Origin: an uncultured Hyphomicrobiales bacterium
Lineage (GTDB): Bacteria; Bacteroidota; Ignavibacteria; Kapaibacteriales; UBA2268
Direction of reading: 5' to 3'
NCBI GenBank assembly: GCA_964650885.1
Contig: CAZYXG010000001.1
Coordinates: 78,639-142,638, forward strand
DNA length: 64,000 nucleotides
This document shows positions 1 through 10,605 of this stretch, one piece after another. The position numbers and the translations under genes were made by a program. How positions within the stretch are numbered: the stretch's first letter is position 1; each line of letters starts with the position of its first letter. The notes beneath the pieces are model-generated. The model was not told the DNA's origin. It did not search any database and worked only from the letters and a program-made list of their open reading frames with translations.

Positions 1-158
1 ATTTAGACAATTCTAGTAATTCTGACGATAATCAATCTTCTGATACTGAAGATATTGATAAAACTGCCGAAAATGATGTTTTGAGTAATTTGGATGATGT
101 TGAAGATGATTCCCAATTCTCCCAAGATGATATTGACGCAATGTTTGGCAATTTATAA
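1..158 (+). CDS. 3' end of an upstream gene: acidic Asp/Glu/Ser-rich C-terminal tail, product unknown
   Basis: Open frame from the window edge (phase 3) to TAA at 156-158 with no in-frame stop. It lies 14 bp before cheA. Composition is highly acidic. Confidence 0.3.
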   Translation, partial: LDNSSNSDDNQSSDTEDIDKTAENDVLSNLDDVEDDSQFSQDDIDAMFGNL

Positions 159-172
159 ACAAAGAGACGACT

Positions 173-2098
173 ATGAGCAATCCCTTAATAGATCCTGAAA
201 TGCAAGAAATATTCGATGGTTTTTTAGTTGAAACCAACGAATTAATTGAATCATTAGGTAACGATTTGATGTTAATCGAGTCGCAGCCAGATGATTTAGA
301 TTTGATAAATCAAATATTTAGAAGTTTCCATACTATAAAAGGTACTTCCTCTTTTATGGGATTTAAACATATAGTCTCAATAACTCACGAAGCTGAAGAC
401 TTACTTAATAAGTTAAGAAAATCTGAATTAGTTGTTTCACAAGAAATAATTGATGTATTGCTGGAAGTAACAGATTGGATTGCATTATTAACAGAGAATA
501 TACAGAATGGTAATGACGAGCGACCAAATTTCGATGAAACAATTAATCAGATAATTCTATTAAGAGATGGCGAAGTTTCAAACGTAAATAGTAATCCCAA
601 AAGTGATAGTGCAGTAGATTCAATAATGTCAAATCAAGAAATTGCAACTGGCAGTGGTGAATTTACAGACGATGAGGAAAGATTAATCCAAGCTGCATTT
701 GCTGAGATTAATTCTGGCTTTAATTCTGAGCCAAAAATAGTTGAAAATAAAGTAACTGAAGTAGTTTCAAAAACAGTTAAAGAACCATTAGAAACTGAAA
801 CAACTTTACAAAATAAAGAAAAAACAAATACTGAAAATGTTGCAAAAACTAATGTTGGAAATGTACCTAAGCCTGAATCTGCTAAACAGCAACAAGAGAC
901 AATTCGTATTGATGTAGAAAGAGTTGAAATCCTAATGGATTTGAGTGGTGAATTGGTTTTGGGTAGGAATAGACTCTCTCAAATTACCGAAAAGCTACAA
1001 AGAGTTATTGAAGATAAGGATAGAATTAGAGAGCTTATTGAAACTGCTGCACAAATTGATTTTGTTACTTCGGAAATACAAACTGCTGTAATGAAGATGA
1101 GAATGGTGCAAGTTGGTAAACTTTACCAAAAAGCGCCTAGAATTGTTAGAGATTTATCTAAAGAATTTAAGAAACAGATTCAGCTTATTGTGAAAGGTGA
1201 GGAAACTGAGATTGATAGAGGTATCATTGAAGAGCTAAACGACCCATTAGTTCACATGATTAGAAATTCTTGCGATCACGGAATTGAAACACCAGACATT
1301 AGAAAATCGAAAGGTAAGCCAGCTATTGGCACAATTACTTTAGATGCTGAACAAGAAGGTAATCATATAGTTCTGAGAATTTCAGATGATGGTGCTGGTA
1401 TGGATCCTGAAAAATTGAAAGCAAAAGCAATTGAAAAAGGAATACTTTCTTATGATCAAGCTTCGCAAATGACAAACAGAGATGCATTTCAAATTATTTT
1501 TATGCCTGGTTTTTCTACAGCTGCTAAGATAACTAATACATCTGGTCGTGGTGTGGGTATGGATGTTGTTAAAACTAACATTCAAAACCTAAAAGGAATA
1601 ATTGAAATTGAATCTGAAATAAATAGAGGTTCAACTTTCATAATCAAGTTGCCATTAACTTTGGCAATTATTCAGGGTTTGCTTGTTAGAGTTCAGAATG
1701 AAACTTATGCTATTCCACTTAGTTCAGTTGAAGAAGTAGTTGCTATAGAAGCGGCACAAATAAAACATATAAACCAAAGCGAAGTGATTCAAATTAGACA
1801 CGACGTTTTTCCATTAATGCGTTTGGATAAATCATTGAATATTGAAAATCCAATTGAATCACTTGAAGATAGATACGCGGTGGTAGTAGGTTTGGGGATG
1901 CAGAAAATTGGTTTTGTAGTTGATGAATTGCTTGGTCAGCAAGAAATTGTAATTAAGTCTTTAGGCGAATACTTAGGTGCTGTACCTGGTGTAGCAGGTT
2001 CTACAATTATGGGTGATGGACGTGTGATTATGATTATTGATATTGTTCATCTAATTAAAGAAGCATATTCTGGTAGCGAATACGTTAAGTATGCTTAA
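173..2098 (+). CDS. cheA: Chemotaxis histidine kinase CheA
   Basis: N-terminal HPt domain with the phospho-His motif FRSFHTIKGTSSFMGF. Dimerisation segment (IRIDVERVEILMDLSGELV). HATPase_c region (DHGIE...GRGVGMDVV). C-terminal CheW-like domain. Confidence 0.9.
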   Translation: MSNPLIDPEMQEIFDGFLVETNELIESLGNDLMLIESQPDDLDLINQIFRSFHTIKGTSSFMGFKHIVSITHEAEDLLNKLRKSELVVSQEIIDVLLEVTDWIALLTENIQNGNDERPNFDETINQIILLRDGEVSNVNSNPKSDSAVDSIMSNQEIATGSGEFTDDEERLIQAAFAEINSGFNSEPKIVENKVTEVVSKTVKEPLETETTLQNKEKTNTENVAKTNVGNVPKPESAKQQQETIRIDVERVEILMDLSGELVLGRNRLSQITEKLQRVIEDKDRIRELIETAAQIDFVTSEIQTAVMKMRMVQVGKLYQKAPRIVRDLSKEFKKQIQLIVKGEETEIDRGIIEELNDPLVHMIRNSCDHGIETPDIRKSKGKPAIGTITLDAEQEGNHIVLRISDDGAGMDPEKLKAKAIEKGILSYDQASQMTNRDAFQIIFMPGFSTAAKITNTSGRGVGMDVVKTNIQNLKGIIEIESEINRGSTFIIKLPLTLAIIQGLLVRVQNETYAIPLSSVEEVVAIEAAQIKHINQSEVIQIRHDVFPLMRLDKSLNIENPIESLEDRYAVVVGLGMQKIGFVVDELLGQQEIVIKSLGEYLGAVPGVAGSTIMGDGRVIMIIDIVHLIKEAYSGSEYVKYA

Positions 2099-3215
2099 TT
2101 AACTTTTCTAAAATAGCTAACATTTTATTTGCAGAGTCATTCCAAGTGAATGACTTTGCCCATTTTAAGGCACCAAGAGAGAGTTTGTTTAGTAAGTCAT
2201 CACTTTGTAGGACATTTAGCAGTTTGTTTGTTAAATCATCAATATTGCCATAATCATATAGCAAACCAGACTCACCATCTTTCACTGAATCTTTCAGTCC
2301 TGGAACATTTGCAGAAACTACTAATGTTCCACAAGCATTTGCTTCTATATTTGTGATTCCCCATCCTTCCTTCATAGAAGTATTCACAACTATGTGCGAT
2401 TTGCTTAAAAGTTCAATTTTCTTTTTGTCATCTACAAATCCATGAAAAACAACATCTTTTTCAATATTAAGTGCTTTCGACAAATTTTCTAAATAATCTT
2501 GAAAATCACCTCTGCCAATTATCCATAGTTTTGCATTTGGAATTGTTTCTTTCACTTTAGCAAATGAATGGAATAAATGATCAACACTTTTGTATTTTTT
2601 AATTCTTCCGAAATAAGTTATTGTCGGATTTGTTTCTTTTTCGCAAATTTGAAAAGGGTAGTCCTCTTGAGTGATAGCATTATAAACTATTTCAAATTTA
2701 CTTGTGTCAAAACCACGATTTTTGAATTCATCTTTTGTACTTTCTGAAACTACTATAAACTTAGTTTTCTTATATACAAAGTCAACTAACTTTTCTGCTA
2801 AATATACATAACTACCAGCAATAAAACCTGCTTCTTTAAAAATGCTTGTTCCAAAGAAATGATGACTAATTGCAAGAAGTGGTTCTTTTACGAATAAAGG
2901 AGTATAGAATGGAATTTTATTAATATCATCGATAACTATATCGAACTTCTGAGTTTTGGTAATCTCTTTATATAAAAATGGAACTAGGAAATTAAATAGA
3001 TTTCTATCGCCAAACCTTAGAACATTTATACCATCAATTATTTCACTATTACTCAAATCTTTATGTTTGCAACTAACTAATGTCACACTATGTCCAATAG
3101 CAACAATACGCTTGAAAATTTCATGCAGATGCACTTCTGCACCTCCACCAAATGGATTTTTAATGTCTTGCCAATTGAAAATTAATATGTTCATTATTAT
3201 AAATAAAGAACCCAC
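2085..3215 (-). CDS. Glycosyltransferase, family 4-like (GT-B fold)
   Basis: 376 aa. The N-terminus (FGGGAEVHLHEIFKRI) and the C-terminal E-x7-E-like region (VNTSMKEGWGITNIEANACGTLVV) are typical of GT4 enzymes. Convergent with cheA, overlapping it by 14 nt. Confidence 0.75.
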   Translation of the reverse strand: MGSLFIIMNILIFNWQDIKNPFGGGAEVHLHEIFKRIVAIGHSVTLVSCKHKDLSNSEIIDGINVLRFGDRNLFNFLVPFLYKEITKTQKFDIVIDDINKIPFYTPLFVKEPLLAISHHFFGTSIFKEAGFIAGSYVYLAEKLVDFVYKKTKFIVVSESTKDEFKNRGFDTSKFEIVYNAITQEDYPFQICEKETNPTITYFGRIKKYKSVDHLFHSFAKVKETIPNAKLWIIGRGDFQDYLENLSKALNIEKDVVFHGFVDDKKKIELLSKSHIVVNTSMKEGWGITNIEANACGTLVVSANVPGLKDSVKDGESGLLYDYGNIDDLTNKLLNVLQSDDLLNKLSLGALKWAKSFTWNDSANKMLAILEKLIKHT

Positions 3216-3254
3216 CCATTAAGTTAATGAGTGGGTAAATTAGAATTTGTTTAA

Positions 3255-4805
3255 TTAGACTTTTTCAGAAACTAATTTGCCTTGCATAAATAGCATTAAG
3301 TAGTCTCTACTGCCAGCTTTTGAATCTGTACCTGACATATTGAATCCACCAAATGGGTGCACATCTACGAAAGCACCTGTTGATTTTCTATTCAAGTATA
3401 AGTTCCCACAATGAAGTTCACGTTTGCCTCTTTCTAATTTTTCACGATTATTTGAATAAAGAGCACCAGTTAATCCATAGATTGTACCATTGAATAATTC
3501 AATTCCATGTTCGAAATCTTTACATTTAGAAATTGCCAATACTGGACCGAAAATTTCTTCGCAAGCAATACGTGATTTTGGATCAACATCTGCTATAATA
3601 GTTGGTTCAATAAACCAACCATTCATACCAGCAACTGGATTGCCACCATTGATAACTCTACCTTCTTTTTTGCCAATTTCAATATAATTCAAAATTGTGT
3701 TGTAAGCTTTTTCGCTAATAACTGGGCCGCAATAGAAGTTTTCAGCTGGGTCGCCAGATACTAATGTTTTAGCTCTTTCAGCTATTTTAGTTACGAATTC
3801 ATCATAAACTTTTTCATCAACTATTGCACGAGAGCAAGCAGAACATTTTTGTCCTTGGAAGCCAAATGCAGAGAATAACACTCCATCAACTGCTGCATCA
3901 ACATCAGCTTCTGAATCAACTAAAATAGCATCTTTACCACCCATTTCAGCTACAACTCTTTTAAGCCATATTTGACCAGGATTTACTTTTGCTGCTCTTT
4001 CATTGATACGAATTCCAACTTCCATTGAACCAGTAAAGGAGACAAATCTAGTTTGAGGGTGGTCAACAATATAATCTCCAGCTTCTGCACCGCTTGCCAC
4101 TAAATAATTCACTACACCATTTGGAAGACCAATTTCATTCAAAATGTCTATAAAAAGTCTGCCCATCATAGGAGTTTCGCTAGATGGTTTCAATACAACT
4201 GTATTTCCTGAAACTATTGCAGCTGAGGTCATACCGACTAAAATTGCAAAAGGGAAGTTCCAAGGTGGAATAACAACTCCAACTCCTAATGGAATATAGA
4301 AATAATTATTATCTTCGCCAGCCATTCTAGTTAATTCTTGATTTTTACTATAACGTATAGCTTCTCTGGCATAGAATTCAAGAAAATCTATTGCTTCACA
4401 AGTGTCAGCATCGGCTTCTCCATAGTTTTTACCAGCTTCCAAAACCATCCAAGCATTAATTTCAAATCTGCGTGCTTTTATTATTTCTGATGCTTTAATT
4501 AAGTAAGCAGCTCTTTCTTCGGCAGTAGTTTTCTTCCAAGATTGGAATGCAGTAAGTGCAGATTGCATTGCTTTTTCAGCATCATCTTTGCCTGACTTTT
4601 GGAAAGTACCAATCAATACATCTTTATTGGCTGGGCTATAAGAAAGTGTTTTGTTGCTTGTTGAAACATCCTTTCCATCAATAATGTTTGAATATTCTTT
4701 TCCAAGAAGTCCTTGGATTTTTACCAATGCTTCTTTTTGCTTAGCCACTAATTCTTGATTCGAGAAATCGTAGGGCATTTCATTTTTGAAAACTGGGTAG
4801 CTCAT
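3255..4805 (-). CDS. L-glutamate gamma-semialdehyde (1-pyrroline-5-carboxylate) dehydrogenase, aldehyde dehydrogenase family
   Basis: 516 aa. ALDH motifs VVAEMGGKDAILV and the catalytic Cys in FQGQKCSACSRA. Length and N-terminus resemble RocA/PruA-type P5CDH. Confidence 0.85.
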   Translation of the reverse strand: MSYPVFKNEMPYDFSNQELVAKQKEALVKIQGLLGKEYSNIIDGKDVSTSNKTLSYSPANKDVLIGTFQKSGKDDAEKAMQSALTAFQSWKKTTAEERAAYLIKASEIIKARRFEINAWMVLEAGKNYGEADADTCEAIDFLEFYAREAIRYSKNQELTRMAGEDNNYFYIPLGVGVVIPPWNFPFAILVGMTSAAIVSGNTVVLKPSSETPMMGRLFIDILNEIGLPNGVVNYLVASGAEAGDYIVDHPQTRFVSFTGSMEVGIRINERAAKVNPGQIWLKRVVAEMGGKDAILVDSEADVDAAVDGVLFSAFGFQGQKCSACSRAIVDEKVYDEFVTKIAERAKTLVSGDPAENFYCGPVISEKAYNTILNYIEIGKKEGRVINGGNPVAGMNGWFIEPTIIADVDPKSRIACEEIFGPVLAISKCKDFEHGIELFNGTIYGLTGALYSNNREKLERGKRELHCGNLYLNRKSTGAFVDVHPFGGFNMSGTDSKAGSRDYLMLFMQGKLVSEKV

Positions 4806-4825
4806 TTAGTTTTACCTTTGTTTAA

Positions 4826-7021
4826 TTATATTAGACCAAATATTTTTCTTAGTAACCATTCTGTGCCAAATAGCACAATTGAGATTAGCAAAATTAACGT
4901 AGAATTCCATAGGTTAATTTCATCTTTTTGCACAATTGGTTTAGGTATGAAATTTTTCAAGTTTTTTAAATCATTTTGAAAGTTTGAAGCTTCACTAGGG
5001 AAATAGAATTTACCACCAGTTCGTTTGGCTATTTCTTGAAGAAGCTTATAATTCATTGTCAAGTTTTCGTTTTCTATTGATTCATTTCCAACAGAGAATC
5101 TGCCACTTTCAGAGGCAATTTTGTTTTGATTAACTAAAGCATCGGCAGAAAAATAATAATCACTCGCTAACAAGCTGCTAACGTTTCCTTCATAGCGACC
5201 GCTACCAATGTTTGTTAGCACCAAATCTCTTGTATCTTTTCCATTTGTAATTTTCACATTGATGTTAGCATTATCCAAAGGGCTATAATTTGCATCATAT
5301 AGCTGTGCAATGAAGTCCACTTTCTCGTTCTGGCTATAATGTGATTTGTTAGTAGTAATTTTGAATTGTTTGTTTTCTTGCTCAATTGAAAGATACTTAT
5401 ATATATTTTCAAAGAAAATTGTCATCAAATCGTAAGTATCACTATTTCCTTTTGACACTTCTCTTGCATAGCCAGAAAGTTTCCAATTATATAGCCCATA
5501 AGCTAAAATAGATACAACTTTTTTATTTGAAATATTTCTGCTAATTACAATCGGTTCATTCACAGCAGTGTTATTGAATTTCATAAACATCACTGCTTGA
5601 GCATTGTCTTTGAGCTGAACAAATGATTCCGTTTTAAAAATTGGTGGCAAATTGTTCCATTCTTTGATATCGTTCTCGGAACCAGTAATTTTTAGAATAG
5701 AGCTAGAAAGCTGTTGTGGCAGAACATTTGCAAAAACTTGCATTTCATTTCCACTATTGTATGTAGTCTTATAGGGCAAGTATTCGTTTAATTTACCAAA
5801 TTTATTATAAGCCAAATCTTGAGAAGCAATGAAAAGCAGAGGTTTTCCTTTTTCTAATTGCTCACAAACAGTGGCAACATCTCTTGGGTCTGTATATTGA
5901 TTTGGAAATCCAATTAAGATAATCAATTCACTTTCTTGTAAATCTTTTGCATTTGGCGTTTCAAGCATTTTACTGCCTGTGATTTGCACATAGTTCTTAA
6001 TCAGTACTCCATCTTCTTTATTAAAGATGTTTTTAATAAAAGAATAATCTGAACTTGGAGAACCTGCAAATATTGCTATATTTTTTTTGTTTTTTAGAAC
6101 TTTTATAAACTCATTCTTTACATTATTCTTTAATGTAATTTCACCATCAATCCCTTCTATTTGTGCAGAAATTTTATGATTACCTTCTTGCTTGGCAGGG
6201 TAGTTGAAAATGAGTGAATAATTTGATTGCGATTGCTTAATGTCTATTGCCTGTTCAGAAATAACTTTTTCATTGTCTAAAAGCTTAACTTTAGCATTAC
6301 TTTTATCAAGACCATAAGAATTTATATTTACATTTATTGGTATGACAGTGTTTAGAAAAACAATTTCATTAAGTAGCAAACTTGTAATAGCAACATCTTT
6401 GGGTTGAGTGGTATCGCCGACACCAAATATGAATACTGGCTTTCCAATTTGGTCGAATAGTTGAATTGGAGATTCGCCTTTATTGAAATTCCCATCAGTT
6501 ACCATCAAGTAAGCTTGAGTGTTCTCATTTGCTGTGTTTATATTGACAAACCTAGCTGCTTGAGTAATATCAGTAAGAAATCCATTGAATTTTATACTAT
6601 CGAAAGTTAGTTTTTGCTTTTTAAAGGTCTTTTCATCGAAAAGAAAATAGTTTGTATTTTCGCTTTCAAGCGAATTAAGATTTGCATCTGTAAATATTTT
6701 TTTATAGGTATCTTTTCTGTTTTGTTTTGAATCTGTAATTCCTGCCGATATGGAATTATCCATTAATACATTTAATTTTGGCTGTTCAAACGAACCAAAA
6801 ACCCTTGAAAGAATTGGCTCGAAAAGTACAAAAAGTAGTAGAAAAAGTGCAATACTTCGCAAACAGATTAATAGCACCTTACGACCTTTAGAAATTTCAG
6901 GTGTAGTTCGGCGGTAAGTATAAAGTGTGAATGCAGTAGAGACTATGACTAATAGAACTAAAAGCCACAAGCTACCATTTAAACCAAAGTTATATGAATT
7001 CATTTTATTTTGAAAAAGCAA
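4826..7021 (-). CDS. Membrane-anchored von Willebrand factor A (VWA) domain protein, BatA-like
   Basis: Two N-terminal TM helices followed by a DxSxS MIDAS motif (VLMDNSISAGITDS). 731 aa. Lies 20 bp upstream of P5CDH on the same strand. Confidence 0.55.
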   Translation of the reverse strand: MLFQNKMNSYNFGLNGSLWLLVLLVIVSTAFTLYTYRRTTPEISKGRKVLLICLRSIALFLLLFVLFEPILSRVFGSFEQPKLNVLMDNSISAGITDSKQNRKDTYKKIFTDANLNSLESENTNYFLFDEKTFKKQKLTFDSIKFNGFLTDITQAARFVNINTANENTQAYLMVTDGNFNKGESPIQLFDQIGKPVFIFGVGDTTQPKDVAITSLLLNEIVFLNTVIPINVNINSYGLDKSNAKVKLLDNEKVISEQAIDIKQSQSNYSLIFNYPAKQEGNHKISAQIEGIDGEITLKNNVKNEFIKVLKNKKNIAIFAGSPSSDYSFIKNIFNKEDGVLIKNYVQITGSKMLETPNAKDLQESELIILIGFPNQYTDPRDVATVCEQLEKGKPLLFIASQDLAYNKFGKLNEYLPYKTTYNSGNEMQVFANVLPQQLSSSILKITGSENDIKEWNNLPPIFKTESFVQLKDNAQAVMFMKFNNTAVNEPIVISRNISNKKVVSILAYGLYNWKLSGYAREVSKGNSDTYDLMTIFFENIYKYLSIEQENKQFKITTNKSHYSQNEKVDFIAQLYDANYSPLDNANINVKITNGKDTRDLVLTNIGSGRYEGNVSSLLASDYYFSADALVNQNKIASESGRFSVGNESIENENLTMNYKLLQEIAKRTGGKFYFPSEASNFQNDLKNLKNFIPKPIVQKDEINLWNSTLILLISIVLFGTEWLLRKIFGLI

Positions 7022-7162
7022 AGCAGAATTTTTGCATTTGCCAAATTATAAAAAGTAAAATTATGAAAGATTTGCCACTTTACAGTAGCTAGTTATCAAT
7101 AAACTTAATAGCAAAACGTTAAAAGCTCAAATATTGTTGCACATTCTCAGAAAAAACAAATA

Positions 7163-7885
7163 ATGTCGAGCTTTGAATACTATAACGCAAAAGTCAAAAA
7201 TATCATTCACGAAACCAAAAATATTAACCGCTTTCATTTAGAATTCCCAGAATTAGAAAAGTATGATTTTAAAGCTGGGCAGTATGCTAAAGTTGTTATG
7301 CCTATAGTGGACAAGAAAACTTATAGACAATACTCGATATCAAGCGAACCTATTGGAAAAAATGAAATAGAATTTTTAATTGTACATCAGCCAGGTGGTC
7401 TTGGTTCGGGTTACTTATTCAATGAAATAAAAGTTGGTAGCTCGCTTACTGTGTCAAAACCTTTAGGTAGATTTGTTTTGCCAGAAGTAATTGATAGAGA
7501 TATTTGTTTTATTTGCACTGGAGTGGGACTTGCACCTTTCAGAGCGATGTATTTGGATTTATTGAACAAGAATATTCCACACAAGAATATTTATTTGATT
7601 TTTGGGACTCGCTTCAAAGAAGATTTATGCTATTTAGATGAATTGAAAGAAATGACTGCAAATCATTCAGAATTTCAATATATTCCAGTACTTTCTAGAG
7701 AAGAATCGCCAGAATGGACTGGTAGAAAAGGGTACGTTCACGAAATTTACAAAGAAATATTTATCGACCAAAGACCTGCATTATTCCTACTTTGCGGATG
7801 GGAAGTAATGATTAAAGAAGCTAAAACTACACTTGGTGAAATGGGCTATACCAAAAAAGAAATTATGTTTGAAAAATATGATTAA
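7163..7885 (+). CDS. FNR-family FAD/NAD(P)-binding oxidoreductase (flavoreductase module)
   Basis: RxYS FAD motif (RQYSISS), GGxGxG-like region (HQPGGLGSGY) and NAD-binding CTGVGLAPF. No Fe-S motif. Confidence 0.7.
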   Translation: MSSFEYYNAKVKNIIHETKNINRFHLEFPELEKYDFKAGQYAKVVMPIVDKKTYRQYSISSEPIGKNEIEFLIVHQPGGLGSGYLFNEIKVGSSLTVSKPLGRFVLPEVIDRDICFICTGVGLAPFRAMYLDLLNKNIPHKNIYLIFGTRFKEDLCYLDELKEMTANHSEFQYIPVLSREESPEWTGRKGYVHEIYKEIFIDQRPALFLLCGWEVMIKEAKTTLGEMGYTKKEIMFEKYD

Positions 7886-7934
7886 CTATTAATCATTACA
7901 ATTATTTATACGAATGCACATCTAATAACAAGGT

Positions 7935-8603
7935 GTGCATTTCTCAATTTTTAAGAAAATAAGCAATATGGAAAAAACAAAATTATTTTATTTTTATGAT
8001 GCACTATGCGGTTGGTGCTTTGGTTTTTCTCCTGTGATTCAAAAGTTATATCAGGATAATAAAGAAAAATATGATTTTCAGATTATCTCTGGCGGAATGA
8101 TGACAGGGGAAAGAGTTGGCTCAATCAATCAAATTGCACCTTATATAAAAACTGCTTATAAAAGAGTTGAAGAATTATCTGGAGTGAAATTTGGAGAACG
8201 TTATTTGAATGAAACTTTAGCAGACGGAACTTCTATTCTAAACTCCCTCAGACCTGCTATAGCTTTATCTATTGTGAAATCATTAAAACCAGAATTAGCT
8301 TTTGAATGTGCCAGATTACTTCATGAAACTATTTATGTTGATGGACTTGGAGTTGATACCGATGAGTTTTATTTGGCACTTGCTGAAAAAATTAATTTCG
8401 ACAAAGCTGAATTCTTAAATTTAATGTCATCTGAAGTTTATTTGAAGTTAGCGGAAGAAGATTTTATGATAACTAAAGACTATGTTATCAATGGCTTCCC
8501 TACATTAGTTGCTGAGAAAAATGCAAAGTTTTATTTGGTTTCAAATGGTTATACTTCTATCGAAAACATAGAAATTAGTTTGGAAAATTTGGATAAAATG
8601 TAA
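7935..8603 (+). CDS. DsbA-family thiol:disulfide oxidoreductase-like protein
   Basis: CGWC thioredoxin-type CxxC motif (FYDALCGWCFGF). About 220 aa, the usual size of DsbA/HCCA isomerase-like folds. The true start may be the internal Met at about 7968. Confidence 0.6.
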   Translation: MHFSIFKKISNMEKTKLFYFYDALCGWCFGFSPVIQKLYQDNKEKYDFQIISGGMMTGERVGSINQIAPYIKTAYKRVEELSGVKFGERYLNETLADGTSILNSLRPAIALSIVKSLKPELAFECARLLHETIYVDGLGVDTDEFYLALAEKINFDKAEFLNLMSSEVYLKLAEEDFMITKDYVINGFPTLVAEKNAKFYLVSNGYTSIENIEISLENLDKM

Positions 8604-8690
8604 TTTTTGAAAATATTTTTAAGTAAATTGTAACCAAATGAACAGTCAAAGTGTTATTAGTAAAAGAACAAATAACTATTTAGCAAAACA

Positions 8691-9263
8691 ATGTTTGGCA
8701 TTAAATCAAAAAAGGTAAACGAATCTCGCCTTGAAACTGCACCAAATCAGTTTAGTCAAGGGGATAAAGTTGCGTTCAAAATGTTATATGATAACTACAG
8801 TTTGAAAGTTTATCGCTATTGTTTGAAAATGCTTGGCAATGAAAAAAATGCAGAGGATGCATTTCAAGAAACATTTGCTAGAGTTTTTGAAAATCAACAT
8901 AAATTTGATGGTAAAAACTTTGCTGGTTGGATTTTTACGATAGCTCGCAATAATTGTATGAATTATTACAGAAATCATAGAGATGCATTTAGCTATGATG
9001 AGTTTGAACATATTTCGCCTTTCACAAATGCAAATGATACTGATATTCTTCTGAAAGAACACATAGATTTGGCTATTTCCAAATTGCCTTTAAGCTATAG
9101 GGAAGCAATTGTTTTGAGAGAATATGAAGATTGTAGTTATATTGAAATTGCACAGATTTTAAATGTTGATATTTCACTTGCAAAAATTAGAGTATTCAGA
9201 GGAAGAATAATGCTAAAAGAGCTATTGGAACCTATAATGAAGGAACTAAATGAAGCTCAATAA
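8691..9263 (+). CDS. ECF (sigma-70 family) RNA polymerase sigma factor
   Basis: Region 2 (AEDAFQETFARVFEN...FAGWIFTIARN) and region 4 (YREAIVLREYEDCSYIEIAQILNV). 190 aa. Confidence 0.85.
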   Translation: MFGIKSKKVNESRLETAPNQFSQGDKVAFKMLYDNYSLKVYRYCLKMLGNEKNAEDAFQETFARVFENQHKFDGKNFAGWIFTIARNNCMNYYRNHRDAFSYDEFEHISPFTNANDTDILLKEHIDLAISKLPLSYREAIVLREYEDCSYIEIAQILNVDISLAKIRVFRGRIMLKELLEPIMKELNEAQ

Positions 9264-10605
9264 ACTTATATCGAAATATCTTGATGGTGAGCTTTCAAAA
9301 AGTGAAGATTCGATATTGCGAAATGGATTGAAGCATGACTCAAACTTGAAGCAAAGCTTCGATAAGTACGTGGATATTCATCACGAAATGAAGAAAGAAG
9401 CTTCTTCTATTAAAGTTCCTGCACATTTGTTTGCTAGCACTGAACAATTTACATTGGGTCGTCAGCAACTTAAACAAAATATTGAAACAAGTTTATCAAG
9501 TAATAATGCTACAATCAAAAGCGTTGCTAAATCGAAAAGTTACAGAAAAGCTTTTGCGACTACAATGTTGTTGATGTTAATTTCTATTTATAACATTAGT
9601 GATAATTACAAAGCAAACTATATTGACTTTAGTGGTTTGAATTCAAACTTGCAAACTGAATCTTTTGAGAAACAATTAAAAGCTAATAAAGCTCGCAAAT
9701 ATTCACAGAAGAGTGTTTTGAATCAACTTGAAAATAATGGCAGTAACTTAATTGATGAAGCAAATTTGAGTGAATTAAATCAAATTCCGAATGTTATTTC
9801 CTTTTCTATGGAAAGCAATTTAGAAAATGACAAATTGGAAATTACTTCATTTACTGATTTAAACACTGGAAATAAAAATAACAACAATACAATTGTTTCC
9901 GACAAAGTTTCAGTATATAACTCTTTGAATAAAACTAATTCTATTATTAGTAATCAAGCAAATCAATTCAATAACCCAAGTAACTTGCAAGGCATTCAAA
10001 ACAGTATTGACTTGCAATATATTATAAAACATCAGAATATGTCTTTACAAAGTACTTTTGCCAATAGTACTTCTGCTATCAATATTGGCAATGCAAATGA
10101 TGTAAAAATTAGTAGCTTTATTCAGTCTATAAACTATGAAGTTAATAGTGGAATGAATATGGGTATGGAAGTAGGTTATTCCAATTATGATTTCACCACT
10201 CAGTTATTAACTAATGTCAGCATTTCAACTGGTGGCGAATCTAATTCTGGTAAAGGTGGTAAAATTGAAGTGCTTGACCCAACAAAGTCAATTGAAAGCA
10301 AAATTAAAGTGAAATTGAACATTAATCAAAATTATCAACAAATGTTTGCTTCTTTCTTTTTGGACAAAACAATTATAAAAGAAGACAATTTTTCAGCAAA
10401 TGCAAGAATTGGACTTGGATCATCTATGGATGGGCTCCTTTTATATGGTAGAGCAAGTGCTAATTATCAAATATTTAGCAACTTGACTGCCAATGTTGGT
10501 GCTGAAATCAGAATGTTTAATGTAAATCTGCCAAATGCCACTGCTGGCATATCTAAAACGGTAAATACATTAATGCTTACTTACGGTTTGCAATACTCAT
10601 TGTAA
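9250..10605 (+). CDS. Putative anti-sigma factor: N-terminal cytoplasmic domain, one TM helix and a long N/S/Q-rich periplasmic region
   Basis: Overlaps the end of the ECF sigma gene by 14 nt. Single TM (FATTMLLMLISIYNI) after an anti-sigma-like N-terminus. No zf-HC2 cysteines. Confidence 0.5.
   Translation: MKLNKLISKYLDGELSKSEDSILRNGLKHDSNLKQSFDKYVDIHHEMKKEASSIKVPAHLFASTEQFTLGRQQLKQNIETSLSSNNATIKSVAKSKSYRKAFATTMLLMLISIYNISDNYKANYIDFSGLNSNLQTESFEKQLKANKARKYSQKSVLNQLENNGSNLIDEANLSELNQIPNVISFSMESNLENDKLEITSFTDLNTGNKNNNNTIVSDKVSVYNSLNKTNSIISNQANQFNNPSNLQGIQNSIDLQYIIKHQNMSLQSTFANSTSAINIGNANDVKISSFIQSINYEVNSGMNMGMEVGYSNYDFTTQLLTNVSISTGGESNSGKGGKIEVLDPTKSIESKIKVKLNINQNYQQMFASFFLDKTIIKEDNFSANARIGLGSSMDGLLLYGRASANYQIFSNLTANVGAEIRMFNVNLPNATAGISKTVNTLMLTYGLQYSL

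Noticed and set aside
1382-1585. 67-aa antisense ORF within cheA
   Set aside because: It overlaps the CheA HATPase domain on the opposite strand. It is a spurious AT-bias ORF.
8784-9062. 92-aa minus-strand ORF inside the ECF sigma gene
   Set aside because: It is antisense to a well-supported sigma-70 region 2 coding sequence. It is I/F/K-rich and has no motifs.
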